Source: Parachlamydiales bacterium
Lineage (GTDB): Bacteria > Chlamydiota > Chlamydiia > Chlamydiales > SM23-39
Direction: 5' to 3'
Assembly: GCA_016931275.1 (NCBI GenBank)
Contig: JAFGFA010000028.1
Location: 7,333 to 71,332, forward strand
DNA: 64,000 nt
The stretch's first letter is position 1. Every line of letters starts with the position of its first letter. Below, one piece after another: positions 34,588 through 43,587 of this stretch. The notes beneath the pieces are model-generated. The model had not been told where the DNA came from and made no database searches. It saw only the letters and a list, made by a program, of their open reading frames with translations. The position numbers and the translations under genes were made by a program.

Positions 34588-35618
34588 TAGCGTATGATAA
34601 AGGGTTCAAAATCTTGTGGAATGGATTCTTGCAGATATTGAGTATCATAGCCGTAACGAGAACGGAGATAGGTATAATAATTACTGGTTTCCTGCATAAT
34701 CACTTCGTGCATCAGTTTGTTTTTTAAGGAATTGCTCATAGCATCAAAAGATTGCGCCGCTTCTTTTTGGTAGGCACTTAAATAAAAAAGACGATAGGCG
34801 AAAGAATGGTTAGCTGTGGCTTGTGCTATAGGAGCACTCAGAGATTGAGGAGTTAAAGAGCGAAGAATTTCTTCGCGTTCTTTTGAGACTTCTTTATTGG
34901 TAACTGTATAAACCGGAGAGATCGTAATGGACACGTCTGGAAATTCCTCTTTTAAAGGATGCAATATGATTTCTGCTGTCGAAAAATCCCTAGATTTTAA
35001 TAAATCATACGCTTTTTGTGCAATTTGTTCATTTTGTTCCTCGGAACTGCTGACGGTAATCATTTGATAATCCCATTTTTCAAGAGGAGGATTCTGTTGT
35101 TTATATAATTGGTAGGCCTCTTTAATTTTTTGGGGGGTAATAGCTTGCAATGCTTTGGCATGGATGTAAAACCATTGCATGCGCTCGATGGTCATCTCTT
35201 TTTTTATCGCATCCCAGGCTTCGTCGAAGGTAAGATTTTGCTGTTTTAAGCTAAAAGCAATGTTGGGACCGAATCTTTTTTCCAAGACTTCTCGGATTTC
35301 TCCATCGGTAATGGTAATTTCCTTTGTTTTGGCATCGAGTAGCATCAGTTCATGATGAAGAAAATCTGCTAGAACGCGCTTCCAGCTCATTTGATAAAAT
35401 TCGAAACGAGCATCTACCGAATTTTTTAAATGAGGAAAATTTTCATCAAAAATGATTTTCAACTGTTTTTCTAAATCCAATACGGAGATTTTTTTGCCGT
35501 TAATATCTACAAGGACACGGTTATTGAGTTGTATTTCTTGAGAAAATAAAGAATTGGCGCAAAAAATAAATATGATAAAAAATATTTTTTTCATCCGATT
35601 TTTTGGGTTAATTAGCAA
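34587..35618 (-). CDS. Secreted protein, SurA/PpiD N-terminal-domain-like chaperone candidate
   Basis: 343 aa. Signal peptide (likely start M9 at 35594). VDINGKKISVLDLEKQL resembles the SurA N-terminal domain. No parvulin PPIase signature was seen. Confidence 0.35.
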   Translation of the reverse strand: MLINPKNRMKKIFFIIFIFCANSLFSQEIQLNNRVLVDINGKKISVLDLEKQLKIIFDENFPHLKNSVDARFEFYQMSWKRVLADFLHHELMLLDAKTKEITITDGEIREVLEKRFGPNIAFSLKQQNLTFDEAWDAIKKEMTIERMQWFYIHAKALQAITPQKIKEAYQLYKQQNPPLEKWDYQMITVSSSEEQNEQIAQKAYDLLKSRDFSTAEIILHPLKEEFPDVSITISPVYTVTNKEVSKEREEILRSLTPQSLSAPIAQATANHSFAYRLFYLSAYQKEAAQSFDAMSNSLKNKLMHEVIMQETSNYYTYLRSRYGYDTQYLQESIPQDFEPFIIR

Positions 35619-35886
35619 TACAATAGCAAAGAAGAGCGATAAAGATCAATTTTTTTAACTTTAGATTCTAAAATCCGGAAAAAATGATTTTGGATCAATT
35701 CTCTATAGACTGTGTAATCCGGGACAAAAATGTGTTATGACAGGATATTTTGCCCCTTTCGGATTGGATGGCCTATGGGAGTCATCCCTAGAAGCCTTCG
35801 CATTTAGGCGAGGGAGCAGTCACACTTTAAGATTGTGGATCGTATGCCTTTTTAAGGAAAAAGAACGAACGATAATTGCAAGAAGA

Positions 35887-37026
35887 TCAGCGTAGCATTT
35901 TGGTGAAAACGGACGCAAAGAATCCGTCTTTTCCATTTTCTTGGGGAAGCCACCCATAGGTTTTTTCGAGAGAAAGTGGATAATGCTGTAAAAAATAATC
36001 CACCTGCTGTTTGTTTTCCTGAGGTAAAATGCTGCAGGTCATATAGATGATAGTGCCGCTTTGTTTGGCATAGGAGAAACCTTGGTGAAAAATAGAACGC
36101 TGCAGCTGAACTAATTCTGTGAGATGAGAAGAGGAAAATTTCCATTTCATGTCAGGATTTCTTCGAAGAGTTCCTGATCCGGAACAAGGAACATCCAAAA
36201 GAACGATATCCATTTTATGGAGAAGTCTTTTGAGATGATTTTCTGTGAGAAACTGTACGTTTTGTATCCCGGCTCTTTTAAGACGCTTCTTTGCCTGCAG
36301 AAGGGCTTTTTGGCGAGTGTCGTAGAGATAGATTTGTCCTTGATTTTGCATGCAAGGTCCAAAAGCTAGGGTTTTTCCTCCCCCTCCAGCACAGTAATCG
36401 AGTACCTGATGATGCAAAGAAGGATTCACGAGAAAACTCATGAGTTGACTTCCCTCGTCTTGGACTTCAAAAAATCCTTTTTTAAATTCTTCTAAAGAAG
36501 AAAAAGGAATCCTCTTGGAAAAAGTGATGCCTAGAGGAGATTCGGAACAACAGATCCCTTGCCACGATTTTAGTCGATTTAGCAGGTTTTCTCGGCTAGT
36601 TTTTAGAGGGTTCACACGGATAGTAATAGGAGCCGGAGTATTACAGGTTTTTGCGATCTGTTCTGCTTTTTCGATTCCGTAAGCATCGACAAAAAACTGG
36701 TAATACTCAAGAGGAAAACTGGTTCGAATATGCGGGGGGAGGGAAGGATCATCCAAATGGCGAAAAAAGATTGCTCGGGAGTATTCTTCGATTCTTTTCT
36801 CCCAGGTAATAGGCGGGGTACAGAAAGAATCGATCAAGCCTTTGTGCCTAAAAATGACGTAGACTGTTTGGGCGATTTCCTGGCGGTCTTTTGAGCCAAT
36901 GCTTTTGTGAAATCTAAAATATTTTTGTATAAAACGGTCTAAAGGCTGTTTTTGCAGTTCATAATGGTTAAGAATTTCACAAATATGGTAATATCTAAAT
37001 GGGGAGCGCATAAAAACTAGTAACAT
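35887..37026 (-). CDS. rsmB: rRNA cytosine-C5 methyltransferase, RsmB/NOL1/NOP2/Sun family
   Basis: 379 aa with SAM motif I LDYCAGGGGKT, catalytic DVPCSGSGTLRRNPDMKW and TCSILPQEN. Confidence 0.85.
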   Translation of the reverse strand: MLLVFMRSPFRYYHICEILNHYELQKQPLDRFIQKYFRFHKSIGSKDRQEIAQTVYVIFRHKGLIDSFCTPPITWEKRIEEYSRAIFFRHLDDPSLPPHIRTSFPLEYYQFFVDAYGIEKAEQIAKTCNTPAPITIRVNPLKTSRENLLNRLKSWQGICCSESPLGITFSKRIPFSSLEEFKKGFFEVQDEGSQLMSFLVNPSLHHQVLDYCAGGGGKTLAFGPCMQNQGQIYLYDTRQKALLQAKKRLKRAGIQNVQFLTENHLKRLLHKMDIVLLDVPCSGSGTLRRNPDMKWKFSSSHLTELVQLQRSIFHQGFSYAKQSGTIIYMTCSILPQENKQQVDYFLQHYPLSLEKTYGWLPQENGKDGFFASVFTKMLR

Positions 37027-37070
37027 TAATATTATATTAAGATGGCGTTAATTTCCAATTAAAAATTTTT

Positions 37071-37583
37071 TTGAGGATATTTATGAGAGCGATTCAGTGT
37101 ATTTTGTTATTTCTTGGAAGAATGATGATCAGTGGTATGTTTTTAACTTCGGCCGTACATAAGATCTTGAACTGGCAAGAAATCGAACGAGGATTAGTAA
37201 GCCTTTTTTGTGACTGGCATGGATTTGTCTCCTTTTCTCCTTCCTTACAAAAATTATTCGCAAATGTTCTTCTCCCATGGGTTCCTCTGATTTTAGTATC
37301 CATGACCGCCTTTGAGTTGATTGGAGGCTTGTTAATTTTTTTAAAAATAAAAGTTCGTTTGGGAGCGGGACTTTTGTTGATTTTTACTCTTATTGTGTCT
37401 GTTTTATTTCATCATTTTTGGTTCTTAGAAGGTCCTGAAAGAGAAATTCAAATGGTATTTTTCATTAAGAATTTGGCGATCATGGGGGGATTGTGTTTTA
37501 TTCTTGTTTTTGGATCGGAAATAAAAAGAGAATCGGTTATACTGCCACGTCCGGAAGTTCATATGCCAGATAGGGATGAATAA
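37071..37583 (+). CDS. DoxX-family membrane protein
   Basis: About 166 aa from the ATG at 37083, with four hydrophobic helices. The N-terminal LGRMMISGMFLTSAVHKI resembles DoxX. Confidence 0.45.
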   Translation: MRIFMRAIQCILLFLGRMMISGMFLTSAVHKILNWQEIERGLVSLFCDWHGFVSFSPSLQKLFANVLLPWVPLILVSMTAFELIGGLLIFLKIKVRLGAGLLLIFTLIVSVLFHHFWFLEGPEREIQMVFFIKNLAIMGGLCFILVFGSEIKRESVILPRPEVHMPDRDE

Positions 37584-39210
37584 AAGTTTTTTTAGTTCGA
37601 GGTTTTTTCGATTCGTTCTTTGTGTCCTCAGTTTTGGGATAGTTGCCTGGTCAGAAAAGGAGGCGCCTTTTTTTCAAGGCTGTGCCGCTTTTTTTGGCTA
37701 CGCGCTTTTTTGGTATGCGATTTCTTTTTCTTCGATTAAAAGGATTGTTTTCTATAGTTTTTTATGGTTTTTGGGAATAGGAGGAATATGGCTTTTTTGG
37801 ATGGTCTCTTTGCGATATCAGCCTATTGCCATTATTTTTCTGTACGGTTTTTTATGTTGTTTGATCGCAGCCCAATTTGCTTTTGTAACGTATGTCCTTT
37901 TTTCTGCAAAAAAGATATCTGTACTGCGACTGTTATCGGTCGCTTCCTTATGGGTTCTTTTAGAATGGGGTCGTCTCTTTATCTTATGCGGGTTTACCTT
38001 TCATCCGGTAGGCTTAGCTTTGTCTGGCCATTATATTCCTTTGCAGTTTGCTACGGTCTTAGGAGTTTTTGGTTTAAGTTTTTTGGTGATCCTGACCAAT
38101 CTTTTTGCTTTTAGGGCCTTTCGTTTTGGAAATTGTCGTAACGTTTTTATGTGGATAAGTCTAGGGATTTTCCCTTATTTTTTTGGTCTGATGCATGTGG
38201 CCTATCAGAAACGATATGCTCATGAAGAACATAAAAAACTAACAGCTGTTTTAGTGCAGACGGGGTTGCGCGTAGAGGAAAAAGATCCGGTAATAGAGAT
38301 GGGACATCTCTTTGTTCCTCCTCAAGAACAGTGGACCCGTATTTTTTCCTATGTACAAGAGGCCGCTAAAGGCTCTCTGGATTTTATAGTACTGCCGGAA
38401 TCGGCTCTTCCTTTTGGGCGGTTTCTTCCGGTATATCCTTGGAAGAACATGGAAGAGCATTTGAAAGGCATCATAGGTTCTGAATATGCGCAATACTTGC
38501 CTCCTTTAGATTCGAAGTATGTTCAGAAAGTGAATGGTGAAATGAGAGTGACGAATGCCTTTTATGCCCAAGTCTTGTCCAATGTTACCCGTGCCGATGT
38601 CATTATCGGATTGGACGACTATGATGGCGAACATTATTTTAATGCGGCATTTTTCTTTAGGCCGGATCAAGTGCAGCCCATGAGATATGAAAAACGAATC
38701 TTAGTTCCCATCGTCGAATATTTTCCTACGCATCTAGCCAAAAAAATAGCGGCATTGTTTGACATCATGGGAGAATTTTCTCCGGGAAAAGACATGACAA
38801 TTTTTCCTTCACAGGTTCCCATCGCACCTTCCATCTGTTATGAAGAGACATTCGGACATGTTATGCGAGAAGGGCGAAAAAAAGGAGCCGAACTCTATGT
38901 GAATCTTACAAATGATGTATGGTTTTTTGCCTCCTCATTACCTCAGCATCATTTTGCTTTGGCAAAATTGCGTACCATCGAAAATGGCGTTCCGCTTCTT
39001 AGGGCTTGTAATACAGGAGTTACCTCTGCGATTGACAGCTTAGGAAGACCGATGGGACGGATTCAAGGAGAGATGACAAAGGGTGCTTTGCGGATAGAGA
39101 TTCCTTTGAGAGTATATCCGACCTTATATACTCTATGGGGGGATTACGCTATTGTGGGGCTTTCTCTGGTTTTTATAAGTCTTTCCTTATTGAAAAACAG
39201 ACGTTTATGA
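37576..39210 (+). CDS. lnt: Apolipoprotein N-acyltransferase
   Basis: 544 aa with an N-terminal polytopic region plus a CN-hydrolase domain. Catalytic pattern: LPESALP (Glu), YEKRILVP (Lys), ICYEETF (Cys). Confidence 0.88.
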   Translation: MNKSFFSSRFFRFVLCVLSFGIVAWSEKEAPFFQGCAAFFGYALFWYAISFSSIKRIVFYSFLWFLGIGGIWLFWMVSLRYQPIAIIFLYGFLCCLIAAQFAFVTYVLFSAKKISVLRLLSVASLWVLLEWGRLFILCGFTFHPVGLALSGHYIPLQFATVLGVFGLSFLVILTNLFAFRAFRFGNCRNVFMWISLGIFPYFFGLMHVAYQKRYAHEEHKKLTAVLVQTGLRVEEKDPVIEMGHLFVPPQEQWTRIFSYVQEAAKGSLDFIVLPESALPFGRFLPVYPWKNMEEHLKGIIGSEYAQYLPPLDSKYVQKVNGEMRVTNAFYAQVLSNVTRADVIIGLDDYDGEHYFNAAFFFRPDQVQPMRYEKRILVPIVEYFPTHLAKKIAALFDIMGEFSPGKDMTIFPSQVPIAPSICYEETFGHVMREGRKKGAELYVNLTNDVWFFASSLPQHHFALAKLRTIENGVPLLRACNTGVTSAIDSLGRPMGRIQGEMTKGALRIEIPLRVYPTLYTLWGDYAIVGLSLVFISLSLLKNRRL

Positions 39211-39289
39211 AGAAAAAATATGTTTCTCCTTGTAGTTTTTCAATAACTTGCATAGACTATTTCTTTAGCTAGGAGAAATTTTTCTGGGG

Positions 39290-40177
39290 ATGAATGAGCA
39301 TACAGTTTTGTGGCAAAAAACAATCAGAAAAGAAGTTGTTTTTTCTGGAAAAGGGCTCTTTTCAGGGAAGAGAGTTTCTCTTCGGCTTATTCCTGCTCAT
39401 GAAAATCATCGTATTGTGTTCTGTCGCACAGATTTGCAACGCAAACCTTTGATTCCTGCTAACTTGCGTCATGTTATGCATACGCATCTATCGACGATTT
39501 TAGGAAAAGATGAAGTTCTTATACAAACGGTGGAACATCTTCTGTCCGCTTTGCATGCTTATCAAATAGATAATTTGTTGATCGAGGTAGATGGCCCTGA
39601 GATTCCTATCGGAGATGGGAGCGGTCTGCCTTTTGCCGAATTGATTGAAGAGGCGGGAATCGTGGAATTGCCTACTAAAAAAAGAATCTATTGTCCTACC
39701 CATCCCGTCTATTTTTCTCATAATGAAGTTCATTTGGTTATTTTACCGGCGCCTCATTTTAGCATTAGCTATACTTTGCATTATCCGCACTGTTCGGTGA
39801 TTGGAGCCCAGCATCTTTCCACTGTTGTGACATCGGAGAATTATAAAAAATATATAGCTCCTGCTCGAACATTTGCCATTTATGAAGAAGTAGCGCAACT
39901 GTTGGATACAAAGATTAAAGGGGGAGGCCTCGATAATGCGATTATCGTAAAAGATAATAAGATATTCAATGCGGAAGGGATGCGATTTAGTGATGAGATG
40001 GCTCGACATAAGGTTTTGGACCTTATAGGGGATTTATCGCTTTTAGAGCATTCTATTCAAGGACATGTTATCGCTATTCGATCGGGGCATGCCTCGAATA
40101 TTGCGTTTGCCAAGAATGTAAAAAAAGATCTGAAGGAGGAGAATGCAGACGTTATTGAATATCAAGCAAATTGCTAA
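39290..40177 (+). CDS. lpxC: UDP-3-O-acyl-N-acetylglucosamine deacetylase
   Basis: 295 aa with TVEHLLSAL, GPEIPIGDGS and HKVLDLIGDL...SGHA motifs of LpxC. Confidence 0.92.
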   Translation: MNEHTVLWQKTIRKEVVFSGKGLFSGKRVSLRLIPAHENHRIVFCRTDLQRKPLIPANLRHVMHTHLSTILGKDEVLIQTVEHLLSALHAYQIDNLLIEVDGPEIPIGDGSGLPFAELIEEAGIVELPTKKRIYCPTHPVYFSHNEVHLVILPAPHFSISYTLHYPHCSVIGAQHLSTVVTSENYKKYIAPARTFAIYEEVAQLLDTKIKGGGLDNAIIVKDNKIFNAEGMRFSDEMARHKVLDLIGDLSLLEHSIQGHVIAIRSGHASNIAFAKNVKKDLKEENADVIEYQANC

Positions 40178-40589
40178 TATTTTACCTCACAGGTATCCTT
40201 TTCTCCTGGTGGACAGAGTAGTTTTTCTCGATGTTGAAAAGGGAGAGATCGTTGCGCAAAAAAATGTCACGATAAACGAACCTTTTTTTCAGGGACATTT
40301 TCCGGAAGTTCCTATTATGCCCGGAGTTCTTGTTATTGAAGCGTTAGCTCAAACCGGGGGGATTCTCGTTCATCAAAAAGGATATGGAGACAAAATAGCT
40401 GTTTTATTACATGTTTCGAACGCGAAATTTCGGCAACCGATTCGTCCGGGAGATGTTGTGAATTTGCATGCTTTTCTTTTACATGTGAGTCATAAGGGGG
40501 GAAAAATTGTCGCTAAAGCCCTCGTCGACGAAAAAGTGGCTGTTGAAGCGGAAATCACATTTGCGTTGGTAGAAAAAGATCGACTATAA
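40143..40589 (+). CDS. fabZ: 3-hydroxyacyl-ACP dehydratase
   Basis: 148 aa with LPHRYPFLLVDRV and FFQGHFPEVPIMPGVLVIEALAQ, the hot-dog fold signature. Confidence 0.95.
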   Translation: MQTLLNIKQIANILPHRYPFLLVDRVVFLDVEKGEIVAQKNVTINEPFFQGHFPEVPIMPGVLVIEALAQTGGILVHQKGYGDKIAVLLHVSNAKFRQPIRPGDVVNLHAFLLHVSHKGGKIVAKALVDEKVAVEAEITFALVEKDRL

Positions 40590-40600
40590 AGAAGGGGACT

Positions 40601-41401
40601 ATGCCATCTAACATACATCCTAATGCGATAATAGAGCCCGGTGCAAAAATCGGAGAACATGTAACCGTAGAGGCTTTTGCAGTCGTAAAGACCAACGTAA
40701 CTCTTAAAGATCATGTTGTTATAAAATCCCATGCCTATATTGACGGTTATACAACTATTGAAGAAGGCACTGTCATATGGCCTTTTGCTAGTATTGGAAC
40801 CAAGCCTCAGGATTTGAAATATCGTGGGGAAAAAACCTACGTGACTATCGGAAAACAGTGTGAAATTCGGGAATATGTGACGATCAACGCTTCTTGTCAA
40901 GAGAACTCTTCTGTTTCTATTGGAGATCATTGTTTGATTATGGCGTATTGTCATATTGCCCATAATTGTGTTTTGCAAGACCATGTGATCATGGCCAATA
41001 ATTCGATGCTCGCGGGGCATGTTTTTATAGAACCGTGCGCGATTATTGGGGGATTCACGCCTGTACACCAGTTTTGCCGTATCGGCTGTCATGCTATGGT
41101 GGGGGGGTTGAGCCGTGTATCTCATGATGTTCCTCCTTATACGATCGGGGGAGGGATTCCCTATGAATTTGGCGGAATTAATATTGTAGGGTTAAAGCGA
41201 CGAGCTTTTTCTTTAGAAGTGAGAAATCAGCTGGCAAAAGTTTTTAGGATTACCTATAGAAAGGGATTGTCTTTAGATAAGGCGTTGGAACAGATCCAAA
41301 AGGAGGTTCCGATGATTCCAGAAGTGATGCACTGGATTCAATTTTGTCGTTCCTCAAAAAGAGGCCTTTTAGGCATGAATGGAATTACTCAAAGCAAATA
41401 A
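40601..41401 (+). CDS. lpxA: Acyl-ACP--UDP-N-acetylglucosamine O-acyltransferase
   Basis: 266 aa with left-handed beta-helix hexapeptide repeats and a C-terminal helical domain, in the lpxC-fabZ-lpxA operon context. Confidence 0.92.
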   Translation: MPSNIHPNAIIEPGAKIGEHVTVEAFAVVKTNVTLKDHVVIKSHAYIDGYTTIEEGTVIWPFASIGTKPQDLKYRGEKTYVTIGKQCEIREYVTINASCQENSSVSIGDHCLIMAYCHIAHNCVLQDHVIMANNSMLAGHVFIEPCAIIGGFTPVHQFCRIGCHAMVGGLSRVSHDVPPYTIGGGIPYEFGGINIVGLKRRAFSLEVRNQLAKVFRITYRKGLSLDKALEQIQKEVPMIPEVMHWIQFCRSSKRGLLGMNGITQSK

Positions 41402-42334
41402 ATGTTCTCCGTAGTTTTTTTTGGATCACCTCCTTTTGCTGCTCATGTTCTTGAAGATCTTTTAGAAAAAAAAGTTCGTGTAATTGCCGTTGTGACACAA
41501 CCGGATCGTATCACAGGAAAAAGGGTACAAAAATCAGCTGTCAAACAACTGGTAGAGCAAAAGCATCCTTTCATCCCTATTTTACAGCCGGAAAAAGCAT
41601 CTCAAAGTGAATTTTTATTGCAGCTGCAACAATTTTCTGCGGATATATTTATCATTGTGGCCTACGGACAGATTCTAAAACAAACTCTTTTGGATATCCC
41701 GAAGGTGGAATCTCTCAATGTACATCTCTCTTTATTGCCCAAATATCGGGGGGCTGCTCCGTTGCAAAGGGCGGTGATGGACGGAGAAAAAGAGATCGGC
41801 ATCACGATTATGAAAGTAGTTTTAGCATTGGATGCTGGTGATATTTTAAAAACTAAGAAGATCGCGATTCAACCGGATGCAACAGCGGGGGATCTTTTTG
41901 CCGAGATGGAGCGATGGGCGGCTCCGTTGCTCATCGAAGTTATGCGGGAACTTCAAAACAACACAGCGGTCTATTCTCCCCAAGAGGAGGCAGAAGCGAC
42001 TTATGCCAAAAAAATTAGTAAGGAAGAATGTCGTATCGATTGGCATCAATCTGCAGAATCTATCCATAATCAAGTTCGAGCTTTGTCGCCTTCTCCGGGA
42101 GCTTATAGCGAGATCATGTTAGGGGAGGAAAGAAAACGAGTGAAAATTTTACGGACGAAAATACTCGATTTTTCTCTTCCGGAACGGCAATGGGCTAGTG
42201 TTTCTAAAAATTTATTTGCGATTGGTACGAAAACATGCGCTTTAGAGCTTGTATTGCTTCAGATGGAAGGGAAAAAGGTGCTTTCTTCTCGAGAATTTTT
42301 TGCGGGATTAAAACAACCTATTACTTTTCGGTAA
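41402..42334 (+). CDS. fmt: Methionyl-tRNA formyltransferase
   Basis: 310 aa with VVTQPDR, NVHLSLLPKYRGAAPLQ and a C-terminal Fmt domain. Confidence 0.92.
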   Translation: MFSVVFFGSPPFAAHVLEDLLEKKVRVIAVVTQPDRITGKRVQKSAVKQLVEQKHPFIPILQPEKASQSEFLLQLQQFSADIFIIVAYGQILKQTLLDIPKVESLNVHLSLLPKYRGAAPLQRAVMDGEKEIGITIMKVVLALDAGDILKTKKIAIQPDATAGDLFAEMERWAAPLLIEVMRELQNNTAVYSPQEEAEATYAKKISKEECRIDWHQSAESIHNQVRALSPSPGAYSEIMLGEERKRVKILRTKILDFSLPERQWASVSKNLFAIGTKTCALELVLLQMEGKKVLSSREFFAGLKQPITFR

Positions 42335-42421
42335 TTTTTTATCATAAATATATTATTTAGTATGCTTTTAACTGTTTTTTTGTTATCTTGTAATACATAA
42401 ATTTAAAAATGTGAGGACTTA

Positions 42422-43363
42422 ATGTCTGTGTCTGCTACAGAGCATCTATCTTTTACCTCTAAGCTATGTTCGGAATATTTAGAACCGGGGATTGCTTATC
42501 TTCGTACTGGAAAAGGAATGAGTCGTATTGCTAAGGGAGCTCTACAGCTTCACAGTGTAAGTTCCGTATATCCTATAGAGGAATTTTTACCGATCACTTG
42601 GACTATTTTAGGAAAAATAGCAGCGCCTCTTAAGGAAGGATTAAAATTTTTTAATGTGGTGAATCTTGCAGTATCTGTAGCGCAACTGGCTAAAAAGTCT
42701 TTAGAAGCCCATCAAGTATTTTATGACAAATGGACGGATGATGGCAAAGATTTTCTTCGATGGTTTGTCGAAGTGACGGTCTATGGGGCGGAACTTGGTA
42801 TAGAACTATTTACGCATGTGGCCTTTTCCGCTATCGGATGGTTTGGACTGGCTGTTGGTTTATATAGCGATGGAAAAGAATTATTAAAAGTTTTTGATAT
42901 TCGCGTGATTACGCATTGCTTTGAGATTTTGAATAATGACGAGGTTTTTGGCAAAATAGTAGAAGTGGCCAAAGCGGTGACCGGCATTGCCAAATCGATT
43001 CTTTTTGGGGTGGGTATGGCTTTGGGTATTTCTTTCCCGGCTCTTGGAGTATATTGGGCGTTATTTGAATTTTCTGTGAAATCGATCAATTGGGGTATTG
43101 GAATGGTCTCTGAATTCCGTAAAGAACGTACTCGCATAGTAGAAGAGAAAGAACAGAAAGAAAGAGCTGCGTTGGAACACGAGTTAAATGCGTGTTATGT
43201 TCAATTACAAAAACAACAACAAGAACAACAACAAGAACAACAAAAAGAAGCTGCTTCAGGTGACCAGAATTCTGAACGTACTGATTTGTTATGCAACGTT
43301 GATCGTTTAAAAAAACAACTTGAGACAATCTCTTCGACTTCTTCGCCTTCTGTTAAAGCGTAG
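42422..43363 (+). CDS. Inc-like membrane/coiled-coil protein, paralog 1 (candidate type III secreted inclusion-membrane protein)
   Basis: 313 aa. Hydrophobic segments VTVYGAELGIELFTHVAFSAIGWFGLAVGLY and SILFGVGMALGISFPALGVYWALFEF, then a Gln/Glu-rich coiled coil. It is clearly paralogous to 43588..44484 (shared KG.S..AKG, LKFF.VV.LA, LRW...VTVYGA.LGI..FTH, GIS.P.LGV.WA.F.FS.K.I.W). Confidence 0.6.
   Translation: MSVSATEHLSFTSKLCSEYLEPGIAYLRTGKGMSRIAKGALQLHSVSSVYPIEEFLPITWTILGKIAAPLKEGLKFFNVVNLAVSVAQLAKKSLEAHQVFYDKWTDDGKDFLRWFVEVTVYGAELGIELFTHVAFSAIGWFGLAVGLYSDGKELLKVFDIRVITHCFEILNNDEVFGKIVEVAKAVTGIAKSILFGVGMALGISFPALGVYWALFEFSVKSINWGIGMVSEFRKERTRIVEEKEQKERAALEHELNACYVQLQKQQQEQQQEQQKEAASGDQNSERTDLLCNVDRLKKQLETISSTSSPSVKA
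43214..43249 (+). repeat. In-frame 12-nt tandem repeat (CAACAACAAGAA x2 plus CAACAAAAAGAA) encoding QQQEQQQEQQKE
   Basis: Read directly in the sequence, inside the C-terminal coiled-coil region of paralog 1. Confidence 0.8.
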
Positions 43364-43376
43364 TAAAATTTATTCG

Positions 43377-43400
43377 TTTTTCTATTATATAATAGAAAAA
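43377..43400. repeat. Perfect 24-nt AT-rich palindrome downstream of paralog 1 (weak terminator or protein-binding site)
   Basis: TTTTTCTATTAT|ATAATAGAAAAA, starting 14 nt after the stop codon at 43361-43363. Confidence 0.6.
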
Positions 43401-43523
43401 ATCTTGAGTTTTTGAAAAAAATCTTCACGTTTATATAAGTCCATTTTTTAAAAGGGCCTTTGTTTCTTTTAAGGAAATCGAAATAAAGAAAAATTTATTA
43501 TGTTTTTTAGGGTTCCCTGAAGA

Positions 43524-43550
43524 TTTTTTTTTGTTTTTTTGTTTTTTTTT
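43524..43550 (+). repeat. Compound homopolymeric tract T9-G-T7-G-T9 in the promoter region of paralog 2
   Basis: Read directly. It ends 37 nt upstream of the TTG/ATG start at 43588/43591. Confidence 0.8.
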
Positions 43551-43587
43551 GATAAATTGAATCACTAAAAATCTTGTTGAAAGGAAA

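Noticed and set aside
35619-35886. Possible SRP (4.5S) RNA, tRNA or 6S RNA in the long spacer
   Set aside because: I looked on both strands for the conserved SRP helix-8 motif (GGAA tetraloop followed by GGAAGCAGCC-like sequence) and for a tRNA cloverleaf, and found neither. I kept it only as a low-interest structured region.
40490-41125. 211-aa minus-strand ORF
   Set aside because: It is antisense to lpxA. The periodic hexapeptide-repeat coding region of LpxA commonly leaves long open antisense frames. There are no recognisable motifs, and it would overlap two strongly supported genes.
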